From Hemiscyllium ocellatum (taxonomy: Eukaryota): a stretch of DNA of 64,000 bases. Position numbers and translations under genes: made by a program. Of the stretch, positions 13,668 to 26,300 are shown piece by piece; the stretch's first letter is position 1, and every line of letters starts with the position of its first letter. The notes below the pieces were generated by a model, which did not search any database, had not been told where the DNA came from, and saw only the letters and a list, made by a program, of their open reading frames with translations. The DNA lies in the NCBI RefSeq assembly GCF_020745735.1, contig NC_083423.1, forward strand, positions 18,228,001-18,292,000, written 5' to 3'.

Positions 13668-13942
13668 AATATAATTTATATATATATATATATATATAGT
13701 ACATACATAGCATGAAAACACAGAACTGGTGGAGAAGGTACAAAAAAATACAACACACAAAAGCAAGTGGAGCATGTAGATAGCACATAATGTATCCCGA
13801 AAAGAGATGACATTACACAAAGCATAAAGGCATGTATACATTAATGTACAAATATAACACACAGCTAACTGTCCAACTTCAAGCTAGAATTTCAAGTGAA
13901 ATAAACTGAAAGAGTGATCATGATCAAATATTTTTAAATAAT

Positions 13943-13948
13943 TTTATT
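13943..13948 (-). promoter_or_regulatory. Candidate polyadenylation signal of the Ig receptor gene
   Basis: AATAAA on the minus strand about 330 nt downstream of the stop codon; positional inference only. Confidence 0.3.
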
Positions 13949-14277
13949 TGTTCAACTGATTTGTTTGTTGCTAGCTAGGCCAGCAGTTATTTGGAGGTTT
14001 GGAGCTGCCTTTTTGAACTGCTGCAGTCCTTCTGGTGGAGGTATGAATCTGAGTCAAACCTTGTGACTCTGAAGAAACAGCGATAGAGTTCTCAGTCAGG
14101 ATAGTGGAGGGAAACTTGGAATCGGTGTAAGGCTTTCCTGTTTCATCTTTGTATGCCAGGAGCAAAGCCTTTGCCTTATTTATGTTAAATTCTGGTCACT
14201 GTTATAACTGGTTTACTTTAAACAAGGTAGCCAATGATCCATGCCAGTACTTTTTGGGTGTCCTATTCACCAGAATT

Positions 14278-14388
14278 TCAGTGAAGCACTGAACTGTAGA
14301 CAATCTCCTCTTCCTTTTGTTTGAATGTCTGCTGCAAGTTTTCCAATTGCAGTTCTGCATAACATATATTATTCCTGCTGCTCTCCTC
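14278..14388 (-). CDS. Exon 6, terminal cytoplasmic exon with two ITIMs
   Basis: Acceptor ctttcccatttttcag|GAG, phase 0. Encodes EESSRNNICYAELQLENLQQTFKQKEEEIVYSSVLH*; ICYAEL and IVYSSV match (I/V/L/S)xYxx(L/V/I). Confidence 0.88.
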   Translation of the reverse strand, partial: EESSRNNICYAELQLENLQQTFKQKEEEIVYSSVLH

Positions 14389-17300
14389 CTGAAAAATGGG
14401 AAAGATATTAATTTGTATTTACATTTTCTGTTCTTAATTTTCTGAGCGTCTATCACTCATATCAACTGCACACTTTAAAAATCGGGACCTGTTACTCTTT
14501 TTATCTCAATTTATCTCTTACCTTTTGGACTTTGTTGCTCGTCACCTGAATTTCTCATAAAATAAACTGAGCCAAGCAGACAAAGGTGTGATTTCAATTT
14601 GTTAATTTTAAAAAATGGTTTGACATATTAACAATGATTTCAGTGAGCAAATGGCTTATATTGTAACAACTGTGACATTCAAAATTAATACCATCAAACT
14701 AATCTGGGTTAGGTCTTATCATATAGCTTCAGTTCCCAATTCGTCAGTCATTGCAAAGATCTATGACTAGAAATGTTCACATTCTTGCGACCTATATTAT
14801 TCTTTCATGTATTGATTGTGTTCTTTCAGTATCAGCTCCTGCCAGCAAACGCCTGGTGTCAGTTCCTTCTGGTCATTTGCTGAAACTTATTCCTATTGTT
14901 TTCCTGGTTGGGCTCCGATCCTCCACCCTCCTTAACTCATCAAAAACTTGGCTATCTGCCATTGGCTTGGGACAGCATAGTGGTACAATGGTTAATACTG
15001 CTGCCTCAAAGCACCAGGTTCAATTCCACCCTTGGGAGGCTGTGTAGAGTTTGCATATTCTCCCCGTGTCTGCTTGAGTTTCCTCTTGGTGTTCCAGTTC
15101 TCTCCCACAGTTCAAAGATGTGCAGCTTACCTGGGTTGGCCATGCTAAATTGCCCACAGTGTCCAGGGATGTTCAGGCTGTGTGGGTTAGTCATGGGAAC
15201 TGCAGAGTTACAGGGATTGAGTAGGGAGGTGGGTGGGTGGAGGTGGGCTGCTTTTTGGAGGGTTGGTGTGGACTCAATGAACTGAATATCCTGTTTCCAC
15301 AATGTAGGGATTGTATGAATCTATGCTGTGTTCTGCCAAGTCATTCTGCTTTATCTGGTCTGGTTGGATATGAACAAACTTTTGTTAAATATGTTTAATA
15401 GGTAGTTGCAGAAGAATCCTGAATAAGGCCAGGTTTTAGGACCCTAAATTATGTGTCCATATTGTAAAAATTAAATTTACATTTATGATGCTATCTTGTC
15501 TACAGCGCAATCTTCGATTACTTGCATGATTTCCTTTTCTTCCTTGAGTTCCTTTTCTTCCTATATAAAATAAAAATTATGACATAGAAGAATATAATTG
15601 TATGTAGTTAGGTGCATTGATGCTTAATCATATGTTTCTTTTCTTACTTTAATTGTACTCATTTTCTTGATTTGATTTCTTCACGTATAACAAAACAAAA
15701 ATGAGAAATATAAACAATATTAAAGCAGAAATGGCTCCGGACACCAGGCAAAAACCAAAGGGAAAGATTTACAATAAAGCACGTACAAATGTGCATGAGA
15801 AGAATATCTATTTGCTTAATATAATCAGTTAAATTTGGTTACAAATTGTGACAACAAAGGTTAATGTTAGCAAAAAGGAACCTGGAAAGAAATACATATG
15901 ATTTATTAATCTAATTCATAACAGAATGATGTAAACACAAATGAAAAGTGTTTTGAATTATTAGTTGAGGACCATTGCTAGTACAATTAACTCTGAAACA
16001 TTGAACATTTAATTGTGACATCTAAAAGTCTGATTTGTAATAAGCATTTCATTAAGAAAGTGGAGGGACAAGCCTGGGAGTCATTGGAGATGGAACACGC
16101 TGTGTCCATCAATGCTCTGGATGCCTTTAGGGAGAGGTGGGTACCACAGAGGATACAGTACTTTATTTCTGCCTCCAACTCCATTTTGATTTAATCCCCC
16201 CCTATCTCCTAACATCATCACCGTTCCCCCCTCCCTCCCATTTTAATGACAACATTGCCCTTAACAGTCTTTGCTTGTTAAAATTCAATTGGCCACATGG
16301 GTGTTTTCCTACTGTTGGAAAAAATGAATAATAAAGTATAAACACAATGGTGTCTTCTTACTATGACACTGGGGAAAAATTGTACACAGCCACAGTGGAT
16401 TTGGGGAAAAATATAAACATTAGTGCTGGCCCTCTTGGGTGCAGTGGTATTGTGGCAGTTTTTGAAAAACAAAAAAGAAATAATTGAGAAAGGAAGTGAA
16501 GGTGGTGAGTGGGTCTTGTAGTGCAGAGGTCTTGTTGCTACCCCTGGACTAGTACCTGGGTTCAAGTCCCACCAACTCCAGAGGTGGTGTAATAACATCT
16601 CTGAACAGCTTGTTTAGAAAAATAGGATAATTTTTTTTAAAGTGGAGGGGTCAGTCTTGTTGTGTGTGATTTTTAATTTTGTGGCACAGAAGTAGAGTCC
16701 CTGCCCCAATGTCATAATGGCCCAACAGACCCATTAAAATGTTTAGTTAAGAAAGTACAATTAGCACCTGTCTAGGTCAGCAGATTGTTATTAGATTAGA
16801 TTACTTACAGTGTGGAAACAGGCCCTTCGGCCCAACAAGTCCACACCGACCCACCGAAGCGCAACCCACCCATAACCCTACGTTTACCCCTTACCTAACA
16901 CTACGGGCAATTTAGCATGGCCAATTCACCTGACCCGCACATCTCTGGACTGTGGGAGGAAACCGGAGCACCCGGAGGAAACCCAAGCAGACACGGGGAG
17001 AACATGCAAACTCCACACAGTCACCTGAGTTGGGAATTGAACCCGGGTCTCAGGCGTTGTGAGGCAGCAGTGCTAACCACTGTGCCACCGTGCCGCCAAC
17101 TATTTGTCAATGAAAGGAAAGGAATGTTGGTGATTTTGCTGCTTGTGAAACTAACTGAAAGTAAAGAAAGAGTGACTTATTAAAGAAGTTGACTTTCGGG
17201 CCCTGTTTCACTGGTTGACTCAATGATCAGCCAGAAAGTCTCCCCTTGCACAAGCAACTGGATCATTGAAGCAAGTAGATTGTTTAACTGCAGTATCAAA

Positions 17301-20300
17301 AAAAATCTTGGGTCCTTAACCTCTTTCACAACCTGAGATTAGATTAGATTAGATTACTTACAGTGTGGAAACAGGCCCTTCGGCCCAACAAGTCCACACC
17401 GACCCGCCGAAGCGCAACCCACCCAGACCTATTCCCCTACATTTACCCCTTAAGATGCTTCTTATGTGCAGTATATCTTTCCACCTTGCAAAGAGGCTTT
17501 TTGTTTTGTAAAGACTGCTGGTGCACACCGTCCACCTCAACTCCTACATCAGCTGCACGGATACCTTGGCTTGAGAACCCCAGTCAAGAGCTCTCTTCAT
17601 GGGACACTCCCACTTTCCATCAGAGACCTGAAGGGTATTGAATACAGCAGTCCTGCATAACCACAGATTGCAGTGGTTCACGGACTAACAGCCTTAACGG
17701 TTTATTTTGTGGCACTGGGGAGTTAATGGACTACATTTATGTTGATTGTGGACTTTTGCACCCCTTCTTTAATTATTTGTGAAACATTTTGTTTTGGTTT
17801 TGATTACGCTTCTGATTTTTGGACACCTGGTATGGAGGAGTGTAGGCAGATTGGAGGGCTTTCTTGTGGGTCTGTTCTTGGGCTTGGCCGGGCTGGCTAT
17901 ACCATATTCAGGCAGCAGGCTATGGAGGGAGTCATCTCTGCTAACTGTCTGCTCTTCTTCTACAGTTACATTTATAGAGTCGTAGAGTCAGAGAGCCCTA
18001 CAGCATGAAGATAGGCCCTTTGGCCCAAACTGATCCATGCCGACCAAAATGTTCATCCACGCTAACTCCGTTTCCCTGCACTTGCTTCATATCCTTCTAA
18101 TCTCTTCCTATCCATGTATTTGTCTAAATGCCTTTTAAATGTTGTTAATGCACCCACCTCAACCACTTCTGCTGGCAGCTTATTCCATATGTGAACCAAC
18201 CTCAGTGTAAAAAAGTTGCCCCTCAGGGTCCCTTTTGTTTTTATTTCCCATCTAACCTTAAACTGATGCCCTCTAGTCCTTGAGTTCCCAATCCTGGGAA
18301 AAAGACGGAGTGCTTTCATGCCTGTCATGTTCTTGTCCATCTCTATAAGATCCATCCTCAGTCTCCTACGTTTTAAAGACAAAAGTTCTAGATTACTGGT
18401 GCTGGAAGAGCACAGCAGTCCAGGCAGCATCCAAAGTGCAGCGAAATCAACATTTTGGGCAAAAGCCCTTCATCAGGAATAAAGGCAGTGAGCCTGAAGC
18501 GTGGAGAGATAAGCTAGAGGAGGGTGGGGGTGGGGAGAAAGTAGCATAGAGTACAATGGGTGAGTGGGGGAGGGGATGAAGGTGAAAGGTCAGGGAGGAG
18601 AGGGTGGAGTGGATAGGTGGAAAAGGAGCTAGGCAGGTTGGACAAGTCCAAAAAGTCATGGGGACAGTGCTGAGCTGAAGGTTTGGAACTAGGGTGAAGT
18701 GGGGGAAGGGGAAATGAGGAAACTGTTGAAGTCCACATTGAGGCCCTGGAGTAGAAGTGTTCCGAGGCGGAAGATAAGGAGTTCTTCCTCCAGGCGTCTG
18801 GTGGTGAGGGAGCAGCGGTGAAGGAGGTCCAGGACCTCCATGTCCTCGGCAGAGTGGGAGGGGGAGTTAAAATGTTGGGCCACGAGGCGGTGTGGTTGAT
18901 TGGTGCATGTGTCCCGGAGATGTTCCCTAAAGCGCTCTGCTAGGAGGCGCCCAGTCTCCCCAGTGTAGAGGAGACCGCATCGGGAGCAACGGATACAATA
19001 AATGATATTAGTGGATGTGCAGGTAAAATTTTGATGGATGTGGAAGGCTCCTTTAGGGCCTTGGATGGAGGTGAGGGAGGAGGTATGGGCACAGGTTTTA
19101 CAGTTCCTGCAGTGGCAGGGGAAAGTGCCAGGATGGGAGGTGGGTTGTAGGGGAGCGTGGACCTGACCAGGTAGTCACGAAGGGAACGGTCTTTGCGGAA
19201 GGTGGAAAGGGGTGGGGAGGGAAATATATCCCAGGTGGTGGGGGGTTTTTGTAGGTGGTGGAAATGTCGGCTGATGATTTGGTTTATGTGAAGGTTTGTA
19301 GGGTGGAAGGTGAGCACCAGGGGCATTCTGTCCTTGTTATGGTTGGAGGGGTGGGGTCTGAGGGCGGAGGTGCGTTGTGGATGTGGACGAGATGCGTTGG
19401 AGGGCATCTTTAACCACATGGGAAGGGAAATTGCGGTCTCTAAAGAAGGAGGCCATCTGGTGTGTTCTATGGTGGAACTGGTCCTCCTGGGAGGACAAAA
19501 GTTCTAGCTTGTTCAACCTCTCCCTATAACTTGAATCCAGGCAACATCTTTGTAAATTTCTTCTGCACCCTTTCCAGTGTAATAACATCCTTCCTATAAC
19601 AAGGTGACCAAAACTGAACATAATACTCAAAGTGCGACCTCACCAATGTCCTGTATAACTGCAACATAACTCCCCAACTTCTATATTCAATGACCTGACT
19701 GATGAAGACCAGTGTGCCAAAAGCCTTCTTCACTGTACTGTCTACCTGTGACACCACTTTCAGAGAACTCCAAGAATCCTCTGTTCCAGCAGATCCCTTA
19801 AGGCCTTACCATTTACAGTGAAACTCCTACCTTGATTTGATTTTCCAAAATGCAAAAACTCCATTTGCCATTTCTCAGCCCACTTCCCCAGCTGATCAAG
19901 ATCCTGCTGCAATTTCTGATAACCTTCCTCACTGTCCACAATACCACCTATTTTAGTGTCATTAGCAAACTTACTAATCATGCTTTGTACATTCTCATGC
20001 AAATCATTGATATAGATAACAAACAGCAATGGGACCAGTACCAACCTTTGAGGCATTCCACTAGTCTCAGGCCTCCAGTCTGATAAACATCTTTCCATTA
20101 CCCTTTGCTTCCTACCATCAAGCCAATTTTGTATCCAGTTTGCCAGGTCATCTTGGATCCCATGTAATCTAACCTTCCAGAATAGTCTACCATGTGGATC
20201 ATAATCAAAGGCTTTACTGAAATCTATGTAGACTATGTCCACCACCCTATACTCCTCAACCTTCCTGGTCACCTGTGGCTAATGATAATGCAAAAATATC

Positions 20301-23300
20301 AGCCAAGGCCATCGCAATTTCTTCTCTAAGCTCTTGCAGCGTTCTTGGATATATTTGTGCCTGAGTGTCATTGGAGAAGGAGCATGTGATGTCTTTAGAG
20401 AGAGGTTAGCACTATTGGGGATATAGTACTTTATTTCCCCTTCCAACTCCATTTTGATTTAGTTCCTTCCTGTTCTCCCTAATCCTCCTTCCTCTCTCAT
20501 TTGGTGGTTTGTATTGTCCATGAGGGGCTTTGCTTGTAAATGCTCAATGAGTTGCATGGGTGTTTTTACAGGTGATGGTTGCTAGTTTAAAAGTAAGGCA
20601 AAACAAAAAGTCACAGTGATTCTAGTGGTAGGAAGATACTCCGTTATGTGTGATAACACTTCGGGGTAGAAAACAAAGTCTTATCCTCATTGTTTAGCAG
20701 ACCTGCCAACTTCAGTGTGCTTGTGACCTGCCCGTACAGGGAACCCCTAAACCACAAGCAGAAGAAGCATTGAATTGAACTTACATACTAATTCAGGGAG
20801 TTAGCGATACCACTGTCCAAACAGTTGCTGACTCAAAATACTTAAGTCAGAGAGATGTACAGCGACGGAAACAGACCCTTCAGTCCAACTCATCCATGCC
20901 GACTAGACTTTCCAACCTAATCTAGTCCCACTTGCCAGTACCTGGCCCATATCCCTCCAAATCCTTCCCATTCATATACACATCCAGATGCCTTTTAAAT
21001 GTTGCAAGTGCACCAGCCTCCATCACTTCCTCTGGCAGCTTATTCTATACAATCACCACCCTCTGCGTGAAAAAGGTGCCTCTTAGGTCTCTTTTATATC
21101 TTTCCCCTCTCACCCTAAACCTATGCCCTCTAGTTCTGGTTCTGGTCTCCCCCTCCCCAGGGAAAAGACTTTGTCTATATGTCCTATCCATGCCCCTCAT
21201 GATTTTATAAACCTCTAGAAGGTCACCCCTCAGCCTCCAAAACTCCAGGAGAAACAGGCTCAGCCTATTCAACCCCTCCCTAAAGCTCAAACCATCCAAC
21301 CCTGGCATCATCCTTATAAATCTTTTCTAAACCCTTTCAAGTTTCACAACATCCTTCTGATAGGAAGGAGACCAGAATTGCATGCAATATTCCAAAAGTG
21401 GTCTAACCAACGTCCTGTACAGCTGCAATATGACCTCCCAACACCTATAGTCAATACTCTGACCAATAAAGAAAAGCATAATTGCCAACTGTTAGTTTTA
21501 TTTAAATATTCTTATAATGGTCATGATAACCACGTTTAAACGAGCTCCTATTAATATTTTTCAAACAAAATATATGTGCTGCTTATGGACACATTGTAAT
21601 CTGGTTTTGTTACCTCCAGGTCCAAATAAGGATCATAGATGATAGCTTTATGCTCATGATCGGATATTATTAAATTAAATCATGTAAAATCTTGATGTAT
21701 TGGTGTTTAGCACAACTGGTACAGTCTTTATATCATGGGAAAGTAGCATAATACAGAGGTATTCCTTTCACATCAAGTATAAATCATAAATAGAATCGAA
21801 GTCAGTGATTTTTAAAAAGCTGTTTAGAATTAAACATTCAGAGAAATGTCAGATGAAGACAATAGCAATCATCATACATAATCTGTAATCGCAGCTATTA
21901 TTGTTCAAAATGAAAGTAACCCATGAGCAGTGGTATTTTTTTGACTGGAGAAATAATTCATGTCATGATCACTCCTTGATAAATATTTAATATGGCATAT
22001 AACAATAAGATCTTTAAAAAGTACACGAGGTGACCACGTTCCTAAATAAGTGATGAATGAATGAACATTGTACCCAATCAGTGAGACATCATTTACAAGT
22101 GGATTTAGAGACAGTGGCTTGGAATCAGAAAGGTGGAATCAAAATCAAATCCACATATAAGCTTAATTATGAACAGAGTTTGTCGAAAATCTGTTCTCTT
22201 AGAAAAAAGGCAATTGAGCAACTGGTACAATGCAAGACTTTGAACAACTAAATGGATTGCATATGGTGATTGTAATCAGTGATTTTGTACAAAAGACAGA
22301 GATACACCTAACCAGGGAGATGCAAAACTTGGAGTATATTATTAGTAATTATGATAATATTTTATATCTCCAGTCAATTGAGTGAATAAAATAAATCTAA
22401 TGGGATGCTGGTAGATAGCTGATTCCAGGGGAAGGGGGAGTAAGAATTGCGGTTGCACGATCAGTGTTTGAAAACAGATTAAGTTCCTCATGGAGTAAAC
22501 TGCAGTATTTTATTTGCTGGAGAACCACTTACCATGTATGTATTTGATGAGAAAAAGCACAAGAAAAATAGTACAAGCTATTCCACCACAAATGGAAAGT
22601 AAAATGAATGGCAGCATCCAAAGATGTCCATTATGATCTGTAAAATATGAGTGTGTATGAGTTATGCAGACAACCTGTTAAAACTCAAATTGAATACATT
22701 TAGATCAAGCAAAGAACTCAGATGCTGGGAGTCTGAAACAAACAGACAAATTGCTGGAGAAATTCAGCAAGTCTGGGAGTATCTATGGAGAGAAAACAGA
22801 GATAACATTTCAAGTCCAGTGACCCTTCTTCAGAACTGAGTCTGGAAACTGAAGGGGTTTGGTTAGATCAGTTGACTGGACAGCTGATTTAGGATACAGA
22901 GTAACACAAACAGCATTGGTTCAATTCCTGGTCCAGCTAAGGTTTCTATGAAGGACTCTCCTCTTCCCATCCAGGTTGCTTGAGGTATGCCGACCCTCAG
23001 ACTAAACCACCACCAATCATCTCTCTCTCATGAGAGAACAACCCTATGATCTAGTAGAATTATGGCAAATTTACCTTAGAGGTGTAAATATGATGAAGAA
23101 AGGCAAAGGCTTTTCAACCCCAGTATTGATCCCTGTGGCAAGTTCCCTTCTTAAAATTACTCCTTTACTCCACCTCTCTGTCTTCCGATAGTTTGCCAAT
23201 TCTCTATCCTTGGTAATATTCTGGCCCCAAAACTGTACGCCATCTATTTCACCCACAGCAAATGAAACAACTTTTCCACCACATATTAAAAGAAAAATAA

Positions 23301-26300
23301 CACAGATACACATTCTGAAGAGGTTGATAATGTTACATCTTACCTTCATCTCTTTGGTGTACATGAATGAGGATGGTGTGGTTTGTCCGGAATTGTGAAG
23401 CAGGATGCTGAATTATACAAGTGAATTCGTTTGAGTTATTGCAGTTTTCAGTGGAGATGTTCACAATGGCTATGTAGTTGTACATTCCATCAGGGTTGGA
23501 GATCTGGCTTTCATTGGTGAGCTGGTTGATGAGGCAGGTTGTATGAAACATCATTATGATTGGTTTTGGATAAAAATCGTGTGCTGAACAGTTGATTATA
23601 GCTGAAGGTGAAGAAACTGTTTCTTTAGAAGATATAAATAGCCGAAGAGAAGGAGGAGCTAGTTATAAAAAGGAGGGCAGAGAATAGATTAATAATAGAA
23701 TCAGATTAATATTGGCTCAATGTGCAATTGAACCATTCAGACTTCAAAGCTATTAAAACTATGTAAACAGATATCTTGAACAGATACCTAAATTTAAGGA
23801 AGGGATGTTTTTAGTAATAAATCACATGTTAAGTGGTACCAACTATTTACATATTTCCCTTTTTGCTCACTCTCCAGTTTTGTTTTAGTCTTTCACCAGA
23901 ATGGCAATTGCACTTCTCACATGAAATCTTTCCCTTCTTCCGGATTTTACGTTCCTCTTGGTCCATCCACTCTATTCCCATCCTATCTGCTTTGCTGGTT
24001 CAGATCTGTTAGACTTGTCATTATTTGTTACTATTTTCAGCCTGACCCCTATTCTAGCATCGGATGCGAATTGCTCAATTTTCTATTTGCTCACTCACTC
24101 ACAGTTCCACCAGGCTCTCCAGTCCCTGCCCCATTAACACTATGTTGTCCCTCCAATAACTCCCGGCGCCTCGCTGATTTGTCTTCTTCCCGTCTCTTAT
24201 CAGTTTTTGTCCATTCTTTCCTCCCATTGCCTGAATTGAATAAGCAAGGCATGCACCACTCACGAGAGCACTAACAATATCACCACCACCAACCGAATCA
24301 TGTCAGCTACATTGGATTCCCAACAATTCTGACTTGAGTGGATTCTTCCCAACCCTGTAGACACGGATTCAGGAAGTTCTCACGAAAGGGCGACTCCCCA
24401 GTTCATGTCGGATTAATTTAGCAGGAACGGTGTCAAATGGACACTGTGACTCGCACGGCATCGACTGGTACAACAGCAAATGCCCACTTGAAGTCAAGTT
24501 GGTGATGCCACTGGGGTGGTCCAAGGACTCCTCTCCTACTCTTATTAGAGCGTCAGATGGTTGAGGTTAGAAGAGTGCCTGGTAATTATTCAGTTCAACA
24601 AAGACTTAACACACTTGTTAAGAGCGCGACAGGCACAATGTGTAGAGTTCCCTGCAGATACTTTAATTTCATGGTTAATTATGAAATTTTATTGACACTA
24701 AGGAAAATCATTGCTGTTCTCCGCCCCTCTCCAATGTTTTGCAAAAGGAAATTAGCTTCTTTCAATGATATACCACGCTGAAAAGGTCAAACAAAACTCT
24801 GCGGCTGCAAGAAATTTGTTGAAGAATTATACTTAAAATGTTAACTTGTCCCTTCTTCTGCAGATGTGCTCACTGACATGCTGCCTGTTTCCAGTGTTTC
24901 CGAAAAGTTAATAGGCTTAACTCATAAATCAAGAAATGTCACTTAATTATTGTTAAGTGCAATGTTTACCGTGTGCTTTTTATTTTAAAGAGAGAATTGA
25001 GGTGAAACCTACGGCGGAATTGTCAACTTATATACAATTATTAAAAGAAAAAGGGCAGCGGCGTGTCATGGCTGTCTTTACAAAGCCGAGAACAAACTGA
25101 ATGCTACTAGGATGTGTATATTGGATGGATTGGCCATGCTACATTGCCCCGTAATGCCCAGGGAGGTGCAGGCTGGTTGGATTAGCCATGGGAAATGTGG
25201 AGTTACAGGGATTGAGTGGGTCTGGGTGGGATGATCTTCGGAGGGTCGGCGTGGACTCCCTGAAACCTGGACAGATTCTATGATTCTACGGCGGACTGTA
25301 GAATCACCAAACCAGAACCAAATTGAAGGGTTGGGAACTTCTAAACCTTCAAGAAGTCAACAAATCTTTGCTTCAATATTATATGCATGGAAGGAAAGTT
25401 GTGTTTTTTGATCAGTAATGGGAAAATTTGTTAATACTGTCAGAGTTTTCCTCATTATTTCATTTGCATTAATCCTGCTAACGAATTGGGAGAAGTATGA
25501 TCCACTTTAGAGTAGAATAAATGGAATTTGAACCTATATATTACGATTTGATGCTGATACAAGTCCGTATCCCAGCATTTTTATCCCAAAGATTGGTGAA
25601 TAATTGTCTCTCCTCCACTTCCCCACGACAAACGAGCAAATTATTGTGACGGAAATGTACAATAGCTTTCTAAGTTTGCACCGTTGGCGTTTATTTTTGT
25701 TACTTTCTTTCTTGACTCATTTTCCTAATATTATTTTCCCTTCATCATTTCTGAAAATGCATCCCCCGTTGCTGATGTACAGCGCCTGAGATTCTCTCCA
25801 GCACTTCTCCTGTGAATACTCTTCATGTTTGACCTTGGAAAGTCAAAGTCACAAAGCTGTTCTGGCGATGAGGATTCTTCCGCCTTCCATCATTGTTATT
25901 AATGGACATTTCCATCTGGAATTCTTACAATGCATTGAGAGAGAGAACCTTACAAACCCTGGCGTTCTGGGGTCAAGTGTAACAATTCTACCATCATGCT
26001 GGCTAACATTAGCTAACTGCACAGAGTGGCGATTAAACTTGAAGCGTCCCATCTTTATGACTTATTCATTGCTGCTAAAGTTTTCACCAGTATTCCAAGG
26101 CATATTAAGAATTCGATTGTAAAATAGTTACCTGTTACACTCAGCATCGTTCCTTTGCCAGTTCTTTTACCACTTGGCGGAGGCGCGGTCTGAAACATCT
26201 CACAGTGGTAGCGTCCTGTGTCACTGATTTGAACATCAGTAATCCTTAAGGTGAATGCTTTCTTATGGAAATTATGCATTGCAAAATATCGATAATGGGT

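Noticed and set aside
21600-22300. Alternative cytoplasmic exons close to the TM exon (acceptor-like sites near 22050, 21820 and 22250)
   Set aside because: They give short or motif-less tails and lack good donors; the 15560/14388 exon pair fits phase and ITIM content much better. Minor isoforms are not excluded.
26201-26207. Perfect RSS heptamer CACAGTG embedded at the YHC codons of the V exon
   Set aside because: No nonamer at 12- or 23-bp spacing; it is explained by the His-Cys codons, so there is no evidence of rearrangement.
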